Origin: Micrococcus luteus NCTC 2665
GTDB taxonomy: Bacteria; Actinomycetota; Actinomycetes; Actinomycetales; Micrococcaceae
DNA: 32,000 nucleotides
Reading direction: 5' to 3'
NCBI RefSeq assembly: GCF_000023205.1
Contig: NC_012803.1
Location: 1,950,001-1,982,000 of the forward strand
The translations under genes and the position numbers were made by a program. Each line of letters opens with the position of its first letter. Within the stretch, counting starts at the first letter, position 1. This document shows positions 8,613 through 16,793 of this stretch, piece by piece. The notes below the pieces were generated by a model, which did not search any database, had not been told where the DNA came from, and saw only the letters and a list, made by a program, of their open reading frames with translations.

Positions 8613-9538
8613 GCCTCGGTCCTCTCGGCGGGGTGGGGGCGGTGGACGCAGACGGGGCAGCGGCGCTCGGGGTCGTCGGCGGCGCAGGCCGCGCAGCGGA
8701 CCTCGAGCGTGGTGCAGGCCGGGTCGGCGCAGTTGCGCAACGCCGAGGTCGGTGCCTCGCACGTGACGCACCGGCCGATGGTCTCGGCATCGGCGGTGAA
8801 GCGGGTGGACAGGCGTCGGTCGAACACGGCCAGCTCGCCCCGCCACAGTCCGGCGTCGCCGCGGGCCTCGCCGTAGCGGACGATGCCGCCGTCGAGCTGG
8901 TAGACCTCGGCGAAGCCGCGGTCCTTGAGCAGGGCGGAGAGGACCTCGCAGCGCACGCCGCCCGTGCAGTAGGTGATCAGCGGCGCGTCCTTGAGGTGGT
9001 CCAGGGCCCCGGAGTCGACGGCGGCGAGCAGGTCGCGGGTGGTGTGCGCGTCCGGGACCACGGCCCCGTCGAAGCAGCCGATGGCCGCCTCCACCGTGTT
9101 GCGGCCGTCGAGGAAACGCACGGGGTTCGCGGTGCCGGCGCGCTCGGCGACCAGCGCGTCCACCTGGACGGGCGTGAGCCGCTCCCCCGTGCCGACGACG
9201 CCGTCCGCGTCCACGGTGACGCGCTCGGGGGCCCCGAACGCGACGAGCTCGGGCTTGACCTTGACGGAGAGGCGGGGGAAGTCCGCCGCCGAGCCGTCCG
9301 ACCACTTCACCTCGAGGTCCCGGAACGCCGGATGCTCCCGCGTGCCGCGCACGTAGCGCTTGACCGCGTCGACCGGTCCGCCGACGGTCCCGTTGATCCC
9401 CTGCGGCGACACGATGATCCGGCCGGTCAGGCCGAGGGACGCGGCGAGCGTGCGCTGCCACAGCCGCACCGCCTCGGGGTCGGCGAGCGGGGTGAACCGG
9501 TAGTACAGCGCGATGCGGGAGAGGGGGGCGGTGCTCAT
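8609..9538 (-). CDS. trhO: Rhodanese-domain protein of the UPF0176/TrhO (YceA) family, tRNA U34 hydroxylase-like
   Basis: 309-aa product starting [18 protein letters not shown]. It has a rhodanese active-site loop [11 protein letters not shown] and a Cys-rich C-terminal tail (CVTC...C...C...C..C). Confidence 0.85.
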   Translation of the reverse strand: MSTAPLSRIALYYRFTPLADPEAVRLWQRTLAASLGLTGRIIVSPQGINGTVGGPVDAVKRYVRGTREHPAFRDLEVKWSDGSAADFPRLSVKVKPELVAFGAPERVTVDADGVVGTGERLTPVQVDALVAERAGTANPVRFLDGRNTVEAAIGCFDGAVVPDAHTTRDLLAAVDSGALDHLKDAPLITYCTGGVRCEVLSALLKDRGFAEVYQLDGGIVRYGEARGDAGLWRGELAVFDRRLSTRFTADAETIGRCVTCEAPTSALRNCADPACTTLEVRCAACAADDPERRCPVCVHRPHPAERTEA

Positions 9539-9546
9539 CGAGGTCC

Positions 9547-9552
9547 AGGCTA
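9547..9552 (-). promoter_or_regulatory. Candidate -10 hexamer TAGCCT, 8 nt upstream of the trhO ATG (leaderless or near-leaderless)
   Basis: The minus strand reads ...cacTAGCCTggacctcgATG. No Shine-Dalgarno sequence is present. Confidence 0.3.
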
Positions 9553-9616
9553 GTGCGCAGCCCCGGACGTGACGGCCGTGAGGGGCGGACGGGGCCTGGC
9601 CCGCACCGGCCACACG

Positions 9617-9624
9617 CCTTACCC
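9617..9624. repeat. Left copy of the 8-bp target-site duplication CCTTACCC of the ISL3 element
   Basis: Identical octamer at 11082-11089, each immediately outside a terminal inverted repeat. Confidence 0.85.
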
Positions 9625-9648
9625 GGCTCTTCCCAGATGAGGGTGTAG
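9625..9648. repeat. ISL3 left terminal inverted repeat (GGCTCTTCCCAGATGAGGGTGTAG)
   Basis: It matches the reverse complement of 11058-11081 (GGCTCATCCGAATCCAGGGTGTAG) at 18 of 24 positions, including the GGCTC tip and the AGGGTGTAG block. Confidence 0.8.
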
Positions 9649-9746
9649 CGCACGTCGCGCGGCGGGCCGGCGCGTCGGTGGCCGGATAGAGGTCGAGGTC
9701 TCCCGAGGATGAGAGCTCCTACACACTCAGCCCGAAAGACCTCGAC

Positions 9747-11078
9747 GTGCACGACGCTACCGTCGGCGGGCGCGCTGATGCGTTCGCCAGCCCCGACCTG
9801 ACTGCCTTCTGCCGCCTCGACGAACTCGGCCTCGTTGTCACCGGGCAGCGACTCGAGCCGGATCGTGCCGTATTGGCCTGTCAGGTGGTCGAGCCCGACC
9901 AGTGGTGCCGGCGCTGCGGCTGCGAAGGGAGACCACGTGACACCGTGGTCCGACGGCTTGCCCACGAACCACTGGGCTGGCGGCCCACGACGCTGGAGGT
10001 CGTCGTGCGCCGTTACCGCTGCAGCGGCTGCGGGTATGTGTGGCGCCAGGACACCACCGCCGCGGCCGAGCCCCGGGCCAAGTTGTCTCGGCGCGCTCTG
10101 CGGTGGGCGCTGGAAGGGATCGTGGTCCAGCACCTGACCGTGGCTCGGGTTGCCGAGGGGCTCGGGGTGGCCTGGGACACCGCCAACGACGCCGTTCTGG
10201 CCGAGGGCAAGCGGGTGCTGATCGACGAGGAGCACCGCTTCGAGGGGGTGAAGGTCGTCGGGGTCGATGAGCACGTGTGGAGGCACACCCGTCGCGGCGA
10301 CAGGTACGTCACCGTGATCATCGACCTCACCCCAGTGCGAGATGGCACCGGCCCGGCACGGCTGCTGGACATGGTCGAAGGACGCTCCAAGCAGGCGTTC
10401 AAGACCTGGCTGGCCGACCGCCCGCAGGACTGGCGCGACGGCGTGGAGGTGGTCGCGATGGACGGCTTCACCGGGTTCAAGACCGCCGCCGTCGAGGAAC
10501 TGCCCGACGTGGTGACCGTGCTAGATCCCTTCCACGTCACGCGCCTCGCTGGCGAGGCGCTCGATGAGTGCCGACGGCGAGTTCAGCAGGCCATCTGTGG
10601 GCACCGCGGCCGCAAGGGCGACCCGCTCTATGCCGCCCGCCGGACCCTGTCCACCGGCGTCGACCTGCTCAACGACAAGCAGAAGGACCGACTGGACACC
10701 CTGTTCGCCGACGACGCCCACGTCGAGGTCGAGGTCACCTGGAGCGTCTACCAGCGCATGATCGCCGCCTACCGCCACGAGAACCGGCGCCACGGCCGCG
10801 AGCTGATGGCCCGGCTCATCGACTCGATCAGCACCGGCGTCCCCAAGGCCCTGGTCGAGATCACCAAGCTCGGCAGGACGCTGAAGAAGCGCGCCGCCGA
10901 CGTCCTGGCCTACTTCGACCGGCCCAGCACCTCCAACGGGCCCACCGAGGCGATCAACGGCAGGCTCGAGCACCTGCGCGGCTCGGCGCTGGGGTTCCGC
11001 AACCTGACCAACTACATCGCCAGATCCCTGCTCGAGACCGGCGGGTTCAGACCCCGACTACACCCTGGATTCGGATGA
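9747..11078 (+). CDS. ISL3 family transposase
   Basis: 443 aa. It has an N-terminal Zn-finger-like CRRCGC...CSGCG followed by GVDEHVW...VIIDL...MDGFTGF...LDPFHV...TSNGPTEAINGRLEHLR, which are hallmark ISL3 (DDE_Tnp_ISL3) blocks. Confidence 0.93.
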   Translation: MHDATVGGRADAFASPDLTAFCRLDELGLVVTGQRLEPDRAVLACQVVEPDQWCRRCGCEGRPRDTVVRRLAHEPLGWRPTTLEVVVRRYRCSGCGYVWRQDTTAAAEPRAKLSRRALRWALEGIVVQHLTVARVAEGLGVAWDTANDAVLAEGKRVLIDEEHRFEGVKVVGVDEHVWRHTRRGDRYVTVIIDLTPVRDGTGPARLLDMVEGRSKQAFKTWLADRPQDWRDGVEVVAMDGFTGFKTAAVEELPDVVTVLDPFHVTRLAGEALDECRRRVQQAICGHRGRKGDPLYAARRTLSTGVDLLNDKQKDRLDTLFADDAHVEVEVTWSVYQRMIAAYRHENRRHGRELMARLIDSISTGVPKALVEITKLGRTLKKRAADVLAYFDRPSTSNGPTEAINGRLEHLRGSALGFRNLTNYIARSLLETGGFRPRLHPGFG

Positions 11079-11081
11079 GCC
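11058..11081. repeat. ISL3 right terminal inverted repeat
   Basis: See the left IR. It overlaps the last codons of the transposase gene. Confidence 0.8.
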
Positions 11082-11089
11082 CCTTACCC
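11082..11089. repeat. Right copy of the 8-bp target-site duplication CCTTACCC
   Basis: Identical to 9617-9624. Confidence 0.85.
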
Positions 11090-11090
11090 T
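11085..11090 (+). promoter_or_regulatory. Candidate -10 hexamer TACCCT, 6 nt upstream of the GNAT ATG (leaderless-type); mostly inside the IS target duplication
   Basis: The sequence reads ccTTACCCTtcagacATG. No Shine-Dalgarno sequence is present. The geometry matches the other leaderless candidates in this window. Confidence 0.3.
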
Positions 11091-11096
11091 TCAGAC

Positions 11097-11870
11097 ATGA
11101 CTGAGCATCTGGATCCGGCACTGGTCGACATCTGGTTCGCGGCCTGGTCGCGATCGCGCGGCTACCGCACGAGCCAGGAGGCGGGGCGACGCGCGGCCCT
11201 GCGCACCCCTCGCCCCGCCCGCATGATCCCCGGCGGCTCCGGCCGCGCCACGGTGGACGTGCCGGCCACGTGGGAGCACGTGGTGGTGAACCCCTCCCGT
11301 GCGGAGCTCGAGGACCTGCGCGAGGCGCTGCGGGACCAGGAGCAGATCCTGCTCACCGTGTTCGGCGACGCCGGCGAGGACCCGAAGGCCATGGGTCTGA
11401 AGGCCCAGACCGAGCCGGAGCGCTTCATGACCATGGACATGGACCCCGAGCTGCAGGACGTCGAGCCCCCGCTGCTGCCCGAGGGCTATGAGGCCCGCGT
11501 GGACCAGCCGATGGAGGGCAGCCGTCGCCTGCGCATCCTGGCCGTCGGCGCCTCGACCGTGTCCGAGGGCGAGGAGGAGCTCGCCGCCCTCGGCTGGGTC
11601 ACCGAGGAGGACGGCACCGCCGTCTACGACCGGATCTGGACGTCCCCGAACCACCGTCGCCGCGGCCTCGGCTCCCTCGTGATGCGCTACCTCACCTCCG
11701 AGGTCATGAGCGAGGGTGAGATCAGCCGCGGCCTGCTCGTCGCCTCCCCGGACGGCCAGAAGCTGTACAGCCACCTGGCCTGGACCGACCTCGGCCCCGT
11801 GTCCATCTGGGGTCGCGGCCTGGCCGAGGACAACCCCACCGCCGAGCACACCGGCACCATGGGGGCGTGA
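11097..11870 (+). CDS. GNAT family N-acetyltransferase (257 aa)
   Basis: The C-terminal half carries the acetyl-CoA motif A ...IWTSPNHRRRGLGSLVMRYL.... GC3 is high. The stop overlaps the helicase start (GTGA at 11867-11870). Confidence 0.75.
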   Translation: MTEHLDPALVDIWFAAWSRSRGYRTSQEAGRRAALRTPRPARMIPGGSGRATVDVPATWEHVVVNPSRAELEDLREALRDQEQILLTVFGDAGEDPKAMGLKAQTEPERFMTMDMDPELQDVEPPLLPEGYEARVDQPMEGSRRLRILAVGASTVSEGEEELAALGWVTEEDGTAVYDRIWTSPNHRRRGLGSLVMRYLTSEVMSEGEISRGLLVASPDGQKLYSHLAWTDLGPVSIWGRGLAEDNPTAEHTGTMGA

Positions 11871-14464
11871 CCGGCCACCTCCCGGAGCACGATCCCTGGG
11901 CGGATCCCGCGGGCGGCTGGGGGCCGCCCGGCACGGCGGACGCCGCGCCGCCCGTCGACGACGCCCCGGACTTCTCCGGACCGGAGCCGCAACCCGTCGG
12001 TGCGGTGGTGGCCGACGTCGTGGCAAGGCTGTCCGTCACGGCACCTGGCGACCTGCACCCGGACACGCCGGCGGGGGCCGGACTCCGTGCGACGCTGGGC
12101 CGGACCGAGCTACCCGAGCAGATCCGCCACGTCACCGAGCTGCCCGCCCGGCAGGCCCGGCACACGGGCTGGCCCGCGGACGCGCCGGAGGGCCTGGTCA
12201 GGGCGTTCGCGGCGCGCGGCGTCGAGCGGCCGTGGCTGCACCAGGTGCGCGCCGCGACCCTGGCCGGCGCGGGGACGCACACCGTGCTCGCCACGGGCAC
12301 GGCGTCGGGCAAGTCGCTGGGCTACCAGCTGGCGGTCGGCACCCGGCTCGCCGCCGACCCCCGGGCCACCGCGCTCTACCTCGCCCCCACCAAGGCCCTC
12401 GCTGCGGACCAGCTGACCTCCTGGCGCGCCCTCGAGCGGGACGGCGCCCCGGGGCTGCGCGCGGCCCCCTACGACGGCGACACCGCACCGCAGGACCGGA
12501 TCTGGGCCCGCGAGCATGCCACCGTGCTCATGACCAACCCGGACATGCTCCACGTGGGGATCCTGCCGCACCACGAGCGGTGGGCCGCGTTCTTCCGGAA
12601 TCTGGCGTTCGTGGTGGTGGACGAGTCGCACACGTACCGGGGCGTCTTCGGCTCGCAGGTGGGGATCCTGCTGCGTCGGCTGCGGCGCATCGCCACCCAC
12701 TACCGCGGGGACCGGCCGGAGACCGTGTTCATCGGGGCGTCGGCGACGTCGGCGGATCCGGCCGGGCACTTCGCCCGACTGATCGGGGCGCCGGCCACGG
12801 CCGTCACCGAGGACGCGTCCCCGCACGGGGCGGTCACGGTGGCGTTCTGGGAGCCGGAGCTGACAGACCGCCGGGGCGAGAACGGCGCGCCCGTCCGCCG
12901 CTCGGCGATGGCCGCCGCCGCCGACCTGGTCACGGACCTGGCCCTGCAGCAGGTGCGCACGCTGGCGTTCATCCGCTCGCGGCGCGGGGCTGAGGCCATC
13001 GCCAGCGCGGCCAAGCGGCAGCTCGAGGAGGTCGAGCCGGGGCTCGGCACGCGGATCGCGGCCTACCGCTCGGGCTACCTGCCCGAGGAGCGGCGGGAGC
13101 TGGAGGCGGACCTGCGCTCGGGTCGGCTGCTGGGCATGGCCTCGACGCCGGCGCTGGAGATGGGCATCGACGTCGCGGGGCTGGACGCCGTGGTGGTGGC
13201 CGGCTGGCCGGGCACCCGCGCGTCGTTCTTCCAGCAGATCGGCCGCGCCGGGCGCGGCGGCCAGGATGCGCTCGCGTTCTTCGTGGCCTCGGACGACCCC
13301 CTGGACACGTTCGTGGTGGACCACCCGGAGGCCGTGTTCGACCTGGGCGTGGAGGACACCGTGGTGGACCCGGAGAACCCGCACCTGCTCGGCCCGCAAC
13401 TGTGCGCGGCCGCCGCGGAGCTGCCGATCACGCCCGAGGCGTTCGGCTGGTTCGGGGAGCCGGAGCGGGTGCGCGCCCTGCTGGACGTGCTGGTCGAGCA
13501 GGGGCTGCTGCGCCGTCGGCCGGCCGGCTGGTTCTGGACGCACCCCGAGCACGCCGCCGGCATGGTCTCCCTGCGGGACGACGGCGGCGGCCCCATGGAC
13601 ATCATCGACGCCGAGTCCGGCGCCCTGCTGGGCACGATGGACTCGCCCCAGACCCACTACCAGGCGCATCCCGGCGCGGTGTACGTGCACCAGGACCGCA
13701 CGTACCTCGTGGAGGAGCTGGACGAGGACGCGCACGCGGTGGTCGTCACGCGTGCCTGGCCGGACTTCACCACGCAGGCCCGGGACGTCACGGAGATCGA
13801 GATCGTGGCGGTGCACCGGCGCCTGGACGCGCGCGAGGGCACGCTGCGCTGGTGCCTCGGGGATGTGCAGGTCCGCACCCAGGTGGTGTCCTTCCAGCGC
13901 AAGGCCCTGGTCTCCGGGGAGGTGCTCGGTGAGGAGCCCCTCAACCTGCCGGCGCGGGACCTGTTCACCTCGGCGGTGTGGTTCCAGGCGGCCTCGGACG
14001 AGCTCATCGCCGCGGGACTGACCACGGATCGCCTGCCCGGCGCCCTGCACGCGGCCGAGCACGCGATGATCGGCATGATGCCGCTCGTCGCCTCGAACGA
14101 CCGCTGGGACATCGGCGGCGTCTCGATGGTCCTGCACCCGGACACCGGCTCCCCCGCCGTGTTCGTCTACGACGGCCGGCCCGGCGGGGCGGGCTTCGCC
14201 GAGCGCGGCTTCGAGCAGGCGCGGCGCTGGGTCGAGGCGACGGCGGGGGCCATCGCGGCGTGCGAGTGCACGGAGGGCTGCCCGTCCTGCGTGCAGTCCC
14301 CCAAGTGCGGCAACCGCAACAGCCCGCTGGACAAGGCCGGCGCGCTGACCGTCCTGCGGTTCCTGATGGACCACGCCGATCACCTCGTTCCGGCGGACGC
14401 CTCGACCGACGGCTCGGGCGGCGGCGCCTCCGGCGGGTCCGCGGACCCGGCGCCCGGGGCCTGA
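11867..14464 (+). CDS. SF2 DExH-box helicase with a C-terminal DUF1998 / MrfA-type Zn-binding domain (Rv3649 / SftH / 'helicase-secretion neighbourhood' type)
   Basis: 865 aa. It has Walker A LATGTASGKS, a DExH box VVVDESHTY, SAT, helicase-C motifs ...TPALEMGIDV...QQIGRAGRGG, and a C-terminal four-Cys cluster CECTEGCPSCVQSPKCGNRN. The N-terminal ~70 aa are low complexity, so the exact start is uncertain. Confidence 0.9.
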   Translation: MTGHLPEHDPWADPAGGWGPPGTADAAPPVDDAPDFSGPEPQPVGAVVADVVARLSVTAPGDLHPDTPAGAGLRATLGRTELPEQIRHVTELPARQARHTGWPADAPEGLVRAFAARGVERPWLHQVRAATLAGAGTHTVLATGTASGKSLGYQLAVGTRLAADPRATALYLAPTKALAADQLTSWRALERDGAPGLRAAPYDGDTAPQDRIWAREHATVLMTNPDMLHVGILPHHERWAAFFRNLAFVVVDESHTYRGVFGSQVGILLRRLRRIATHYRGDRPETVFIGASATSADPAGHFARLIGAPATAVTEDASPHGAVTVAFWEPELTDRRGENGAPVRRSAMAAAADLVTDLALQQVRTLAFIRSRRGAEAIASAAKRQLEEVEPGLGTRIAAYRSGYLPEERRELEADLRSGRLLGMASTPALEMGIDVAGLDAVVVAGWPGTRASFFQQIGRAGRGGQDALAFFVASDDPLDTFVVDHPEAVFDLGVEDTVVDPENPHLLGPQLCAAAAELPITPEAFGWFGEPERVRALLDVLVEQGLLRRRPAGWFWTHPEHAAGMVSLRDDGGGPMDIIDAESGALLGTMDSPQTHYQAHPGAVYVHQDRTYLVEELDEDAHAVVVTRAWPDFTTQARDVTEIEIVAVHRRLDAREGTLRWCLGDVQVRTQVVSFQRKALVSGEVLGEEPLNLPARDLFTSAVWFQAASDELIAAGLTTDRLPGALHAAEHAMIGMMPLVASNDRWDIGGVSMVLHPDTGSPAVFVYDGRPGGAGFAERGFEQARRWVEATAGAIAACECTEGCPSCVQSPKCGNRNSPLDKAGALTVLRFLMDHADHLVPADASTDGSGGGASGGSADPAPGA

Positions 14465-14823
14465 GACCGCGGCGGACCCGCGACGGCGTCGGCCGTGGCC
14501 GCCGGCAGCGGGGCGCGGGCGAGCTCGACCGCGACGCGCACCGTCCCGTCCTCGCGCGCCTCGCACGCCACGACTGCGGCCCCGTTGCGTTCGGCGGTCC
14601 GCCCGGCCAGGACGCACGGCTCGTGGTCGGAGAGCCCGCGCCGGGCGTCGGAGGCGGCGAGCGCCGCCAGGTCAGCGGCCCCGGCCGCCCGGGCACCGGT
14701 GACCGAGGCCTGCCCCAGCGCCGCGACGGCCAGCAGCAGCCCCGCCCCCAGGGCGGCCGTGCCCAGGACGGACACGGTGCCCGAGCCGCGTTCGCCCCGC
14801 ACGGGCGCCCTCCCGCAGGTCAT
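14380..14823 (-). CDS. TadE-like protein of the Rv3654c / 'helicase-secretion neighbourhood' type
   Basis: It has a hydrophobic N-terminal helix GSGTVSVLGTAALGAGLLLAVAAL followed by ...AAGAADLAALAASDA...C...NGAAVVAC...VRVAVE, which matches my recollection of this family. ATG 14823 overlaps the upstream stop (ATGA). The Pro-rich C-terminal tail overlaps the helicase 3' end. Confidence 0.65.
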   Translation of the reverse strand: MTCGRAPVRGERGSGTVSVLGTAALGAGLLLAVAALGQASVTGARAAGAADLAALAASDARRGLSDHEPCVLAGRTAERNGAAVVACEAREDGTVRVAVELARAPLPAATADAVAGPPRSQAPGAGSADPPEAPPPEPSVEASAGTR

Positions 14824-15263
14824 GACCGGTCCTCCGGCCCGGCGGCGGGCGTTCCGGGCCGCTGCTCGGGGGCGGCGGCGTGCGCGGTGAGAGTGAGGGC
14901 CTCGGCCCAGGCGAGCGGCCCGGGGCTGGGCTGGACGACCTCGACGGTCACCCAGCCGCCCTCGACGGTGTGCGAGAGCGAGGCGTCGTCGCCGGCCATG
15001 CGCGCCACCGCGTCGCGGGCCGCCGCCTCGTCGTCGCCCCGGGCGAGGATGCGGGCGGCCGACGCCGCCGCGTCCTGACCCCGCACCTGCTGCACCGCGG
15101 CTGCGCCGGCCAGCAGGACGGACACGAGCACGAACGCGATCACGGGCAGCAGCACCGCGTACTCGGCGGTGACGGCCCCGGTCTCGCCGCCCCGGGACCA
15201 CCCCGCCGTCCGGGCGCCCGTGCGGCGCGCGGACGGCGGGGCGGAGGTCGGGTGCTCAGTCAC
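14820..15263 (-). CDS. TadE-like pilus/pseudopilin protein (147 aa)
   Basis: It has the GGETG/AVTAEYAVLLPVIAFVLVSVLLAG motif (Flp/TadE-type G/xxxxEY followed by a hydrophobic helix). GTG 15263 overlaps the pilin gene's end by 8 nt. Confidence 0.75.
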   Translation of the reverse strand: MTEHPTSAPPSARRTGARTAGWSRGGETGAVTAEYAVLLPVIAFVLVSVLLAGAAAVQQVRGQDAAASAARILARGDDEAAARDAVARMAGDDASLSHTVEGGWVTVEVVQPSPGPLAWAEALTLTAHAAAPEQRPGTPAAGPEDRS

Positions 15264-15489
15264 GCTGGAGCGCCCCGGAGACGAGGTCCACGAGCAGCGA
15301 CTGCACGTCCGGGCTGGTGAGCACGACGGCCAGCACGCCCGCGAAGCCCACGGCGGCGAGCGTGAGGATGCCGTACTCGGCCGTGATCGCGCCGGTCTCC
15401 TCGCCCGCGGCGTCGACGACGCGGGCGAGGCGGTCGCGGTCGCTCGGGCGGGTGACGGCGGGCTGGGCGGTGTGGGAGCGGTGGGTCAT
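15256..15489 (-). CDS. Flp-type pilin-like small protein (77 aa; DUF4244 / Rv3656c-like)
   Basis: It has a charged leader, then EETG/AITAEYGILTLAAVGFAGVLAVVL (G/xxxxEY processing motif plus a single hydrophobic helix). A strong AGGAGG RBS lies 7 nt upstream of ATG 15489. Confidence 0.75.
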   Translation of the reverse strand: MTHRSHTAQPAVTRPSDRDRLARVVDAAGEETGAITAEYGILTLAAVGFAGVLAVVLTSPDVQSLLVDLVSGALQRD

Positions 15490-15508
15490 GGTGGTCCTCC
15501 TGGAGTGG

Positions 15509-15525
15509 GCCCCGCGGTGCGGGGC
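15509..15525 (-). other. GC hairpin (GCCCCGC-GGT-GCGGGGC) just upstream of the pilin RBS
   Basis: Perfect 7-bp stem with a 3-nt loop, about 8 nt from the RBS. Its function (processing, stability or attenuation) is unknown. Confidence 0.3.
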
Positions 15526-15628
15526 GGTGATGACGGCCCGGCCGGGCCGCTGGTCCCAGGCTGGCCCGCTCGGGGGCTCGCGCGCCGGGGGCGGCGCGGA
15601 TCCGGGGATGGGCCGGGGCGATCGGGGC

Positions 15629-15646
15629 CCTGTGCAGGACCGGACG
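15629..15646 (-). repeat. Copy 1 of an 18-nt intergenic motif (plus strand CCTGTGCAGGACCGGACG)
   Basis: 17/18 identical to 18242-18259. Each copy lies 14-19 nt beyond the stop of the upstream minus-strand gene, and 127-140 nt upstream of the next Tad gene's start. Confidence 0.35.
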
Positions 15647-15665
15647 CCCCGGCGTCGCCGCCGCC

Positions 15666-16793
15666 TCAGCCCGGTCCCGCCCTGAGCAGGGCCATGACGA
15701 CGGGCACCACGCCCCAGCACACGAAGGCGGGCAGCAGGCACAGCCCCAGCGGCATCACCAGGCACACGGCGAGCTCCTCGGCCGCCCGTTCGTCGGCCCG
15801 TCGGGTCTGCTGACGGACGGCGGCGGCGGTCTCGGCCAGCGTGCGGGCGCCGGCCATCCCGGACCGATGCAGCGGTCGCAGTCGGGCGGCGGTCTCGATC
15901 CACACCGGGTCCGTGTCGAGGCCCGCCCACGCCTCGTCCCAGTCCCGGCCCCACAGCAGCAGCGCCGCCGTGGCCCGCAGGCCGCGGGCGCCCGGCAGGG
16001 TCCGGCCGAGGTCGTCCAGCGCGGCGGGCAGGGATCGGCCGGCGCTGAGCAGCGCCGCCAGCACGTCCAGCACGACGGCGGCGCCCACCGCCGCCGGCTC
16101 GCGCGCGGCCGCACGCAGCAGCAGGCGCGTCCAGGACCGCCCGGCCAGCCAGAACAGCAGCCCCACCGCGGCGACCACGGCGCCGAAGGGCGAGCGGACC
16201 AGGTCCCACGGGGAGGTGCCGAGCAGCCACGCGAGGCCGAGGCCGCCCAGGGGCAGCCACTGCAGCAGTCGGGACGTCGCGCCCGGCCCCGCCGCGGCCG
16301 AGCGGCGGGCCCGGGCCGCGTCCACGTCCGCCTCGAGACTGTGGGCCAGCCGCCGGGCCACGGCTGCGGGAGCGGCACCCGCCCGGGCCCCGGCCGCGAG
16401 CGCCGCGTCGACCAGCGCCCAGCCCGGGTCCCGTGCGGGGGTCCGCCAGGGCAGGGTCCCGCCGCGGCGCGCCGCCTCCCCGGTCGGCGCATGCGACGCC
16501 GGCACATCCCAGGCCAGCGCCTCGGCCCGGCGTCGGGCGTGGTGATGGGCACAGCATGCGGTCCCCACCTCGCCCGGGTCCGACCCGCAGGCGGGCAGGG
16601 TGCACGCGGTCTCCCGCCAGGCCTGCTCCTCGGTCAGGCCGGCCGAGACGAGGGCGGCCCAGCGGCGCAGGACGCCGACGAGCACCTCCGTCTCCTCCTC
16701 CGGCCTCGCCCGCCCCGCCCGCCAGGGCGGCAGCGCCACGGCACGCCCAGCGCGCGACCGTCGTGCCTGCCCGGCTGCCGTCGTCGTGCTCAC
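15666..16793 (-). CDS. Fused TadB-TadC-like platform protein (two T2SS-F domains in one 375-aa polypeptide)
   Basis: Two successive helical cytoplasmic segments are each followed by hydrophobic TM pairs (...LLQWLPLGGLGLAWLLG.../...AVVAAVGLLFWLA... and ...LAVCLVMPLGLCLLPAFVCWGVVPVVMALL). GTG 16793 overlaps the ATPase stop (GTGA). There is no in-frame stop between the two halves. Confidence 0.72.
   Translation of the reverse strand: MSTTTAAGQARRSRAGRAVALPPWRAGRARPEEETEVLVGVLRRWAALVSAGLTEEQAWRETACTLPACGSDPGEVGTACCAHHHARRRAEALAWDVPASHAPTGEAARRGGTLPWRTPARDPGWALVDAALAAGARAGAAPAAVARRLAHSLEADVDAARARRSAAAGPGATSRLLQWLPLGGLGLAWLLGTSPWDLVRSPFGAVVAAVGLLFWLAGRSWTRLLLRAAAREPAAVGAAVVLDVLAALLSAGRSLPAALDDLGRTLPGARGLRATAALLLWGRDWDEAWAGLDTDPVWIETAARLRPLHRSGMAGARTLAETAAAVRQQTRRADERAAEELAVCLVMPLGLCLLPAFVCWGVVPVVMALLRAGPG

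Larger units (their letters stand above)
9625..11081 (+). mobile_element. ISL3-family insertion sequence (1457 bp), apparently intact
   Basis: Terminal IRs begin GGCTC(T/A)TCC..., 18/24 matches in an ungapped alignment. There is a single 443-aa ISL3-type transposase ORF and a perfect 8-bp direct repeat flanks the element. Confidence 0.9.

Noticed and set aside
6936-14464. NPPF methyltransferase plus DUF1998-containing helicase, read as a DISARM-like or other restriction/defence module
   Set aside because: - The two genes are on opposite strands and belong to different operons (trhO-MT versus GNAT-helicase).
- There is no PLD/DrmC or SNF2 partner.
- The helicase is the fused Rv3649/SftH/MrfA-type housekeeping form in conserved core synteny.
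- The methyltransferase looks like an MTS (rRNA/tRNA/protein) type rather than a DNA methyltransferase.
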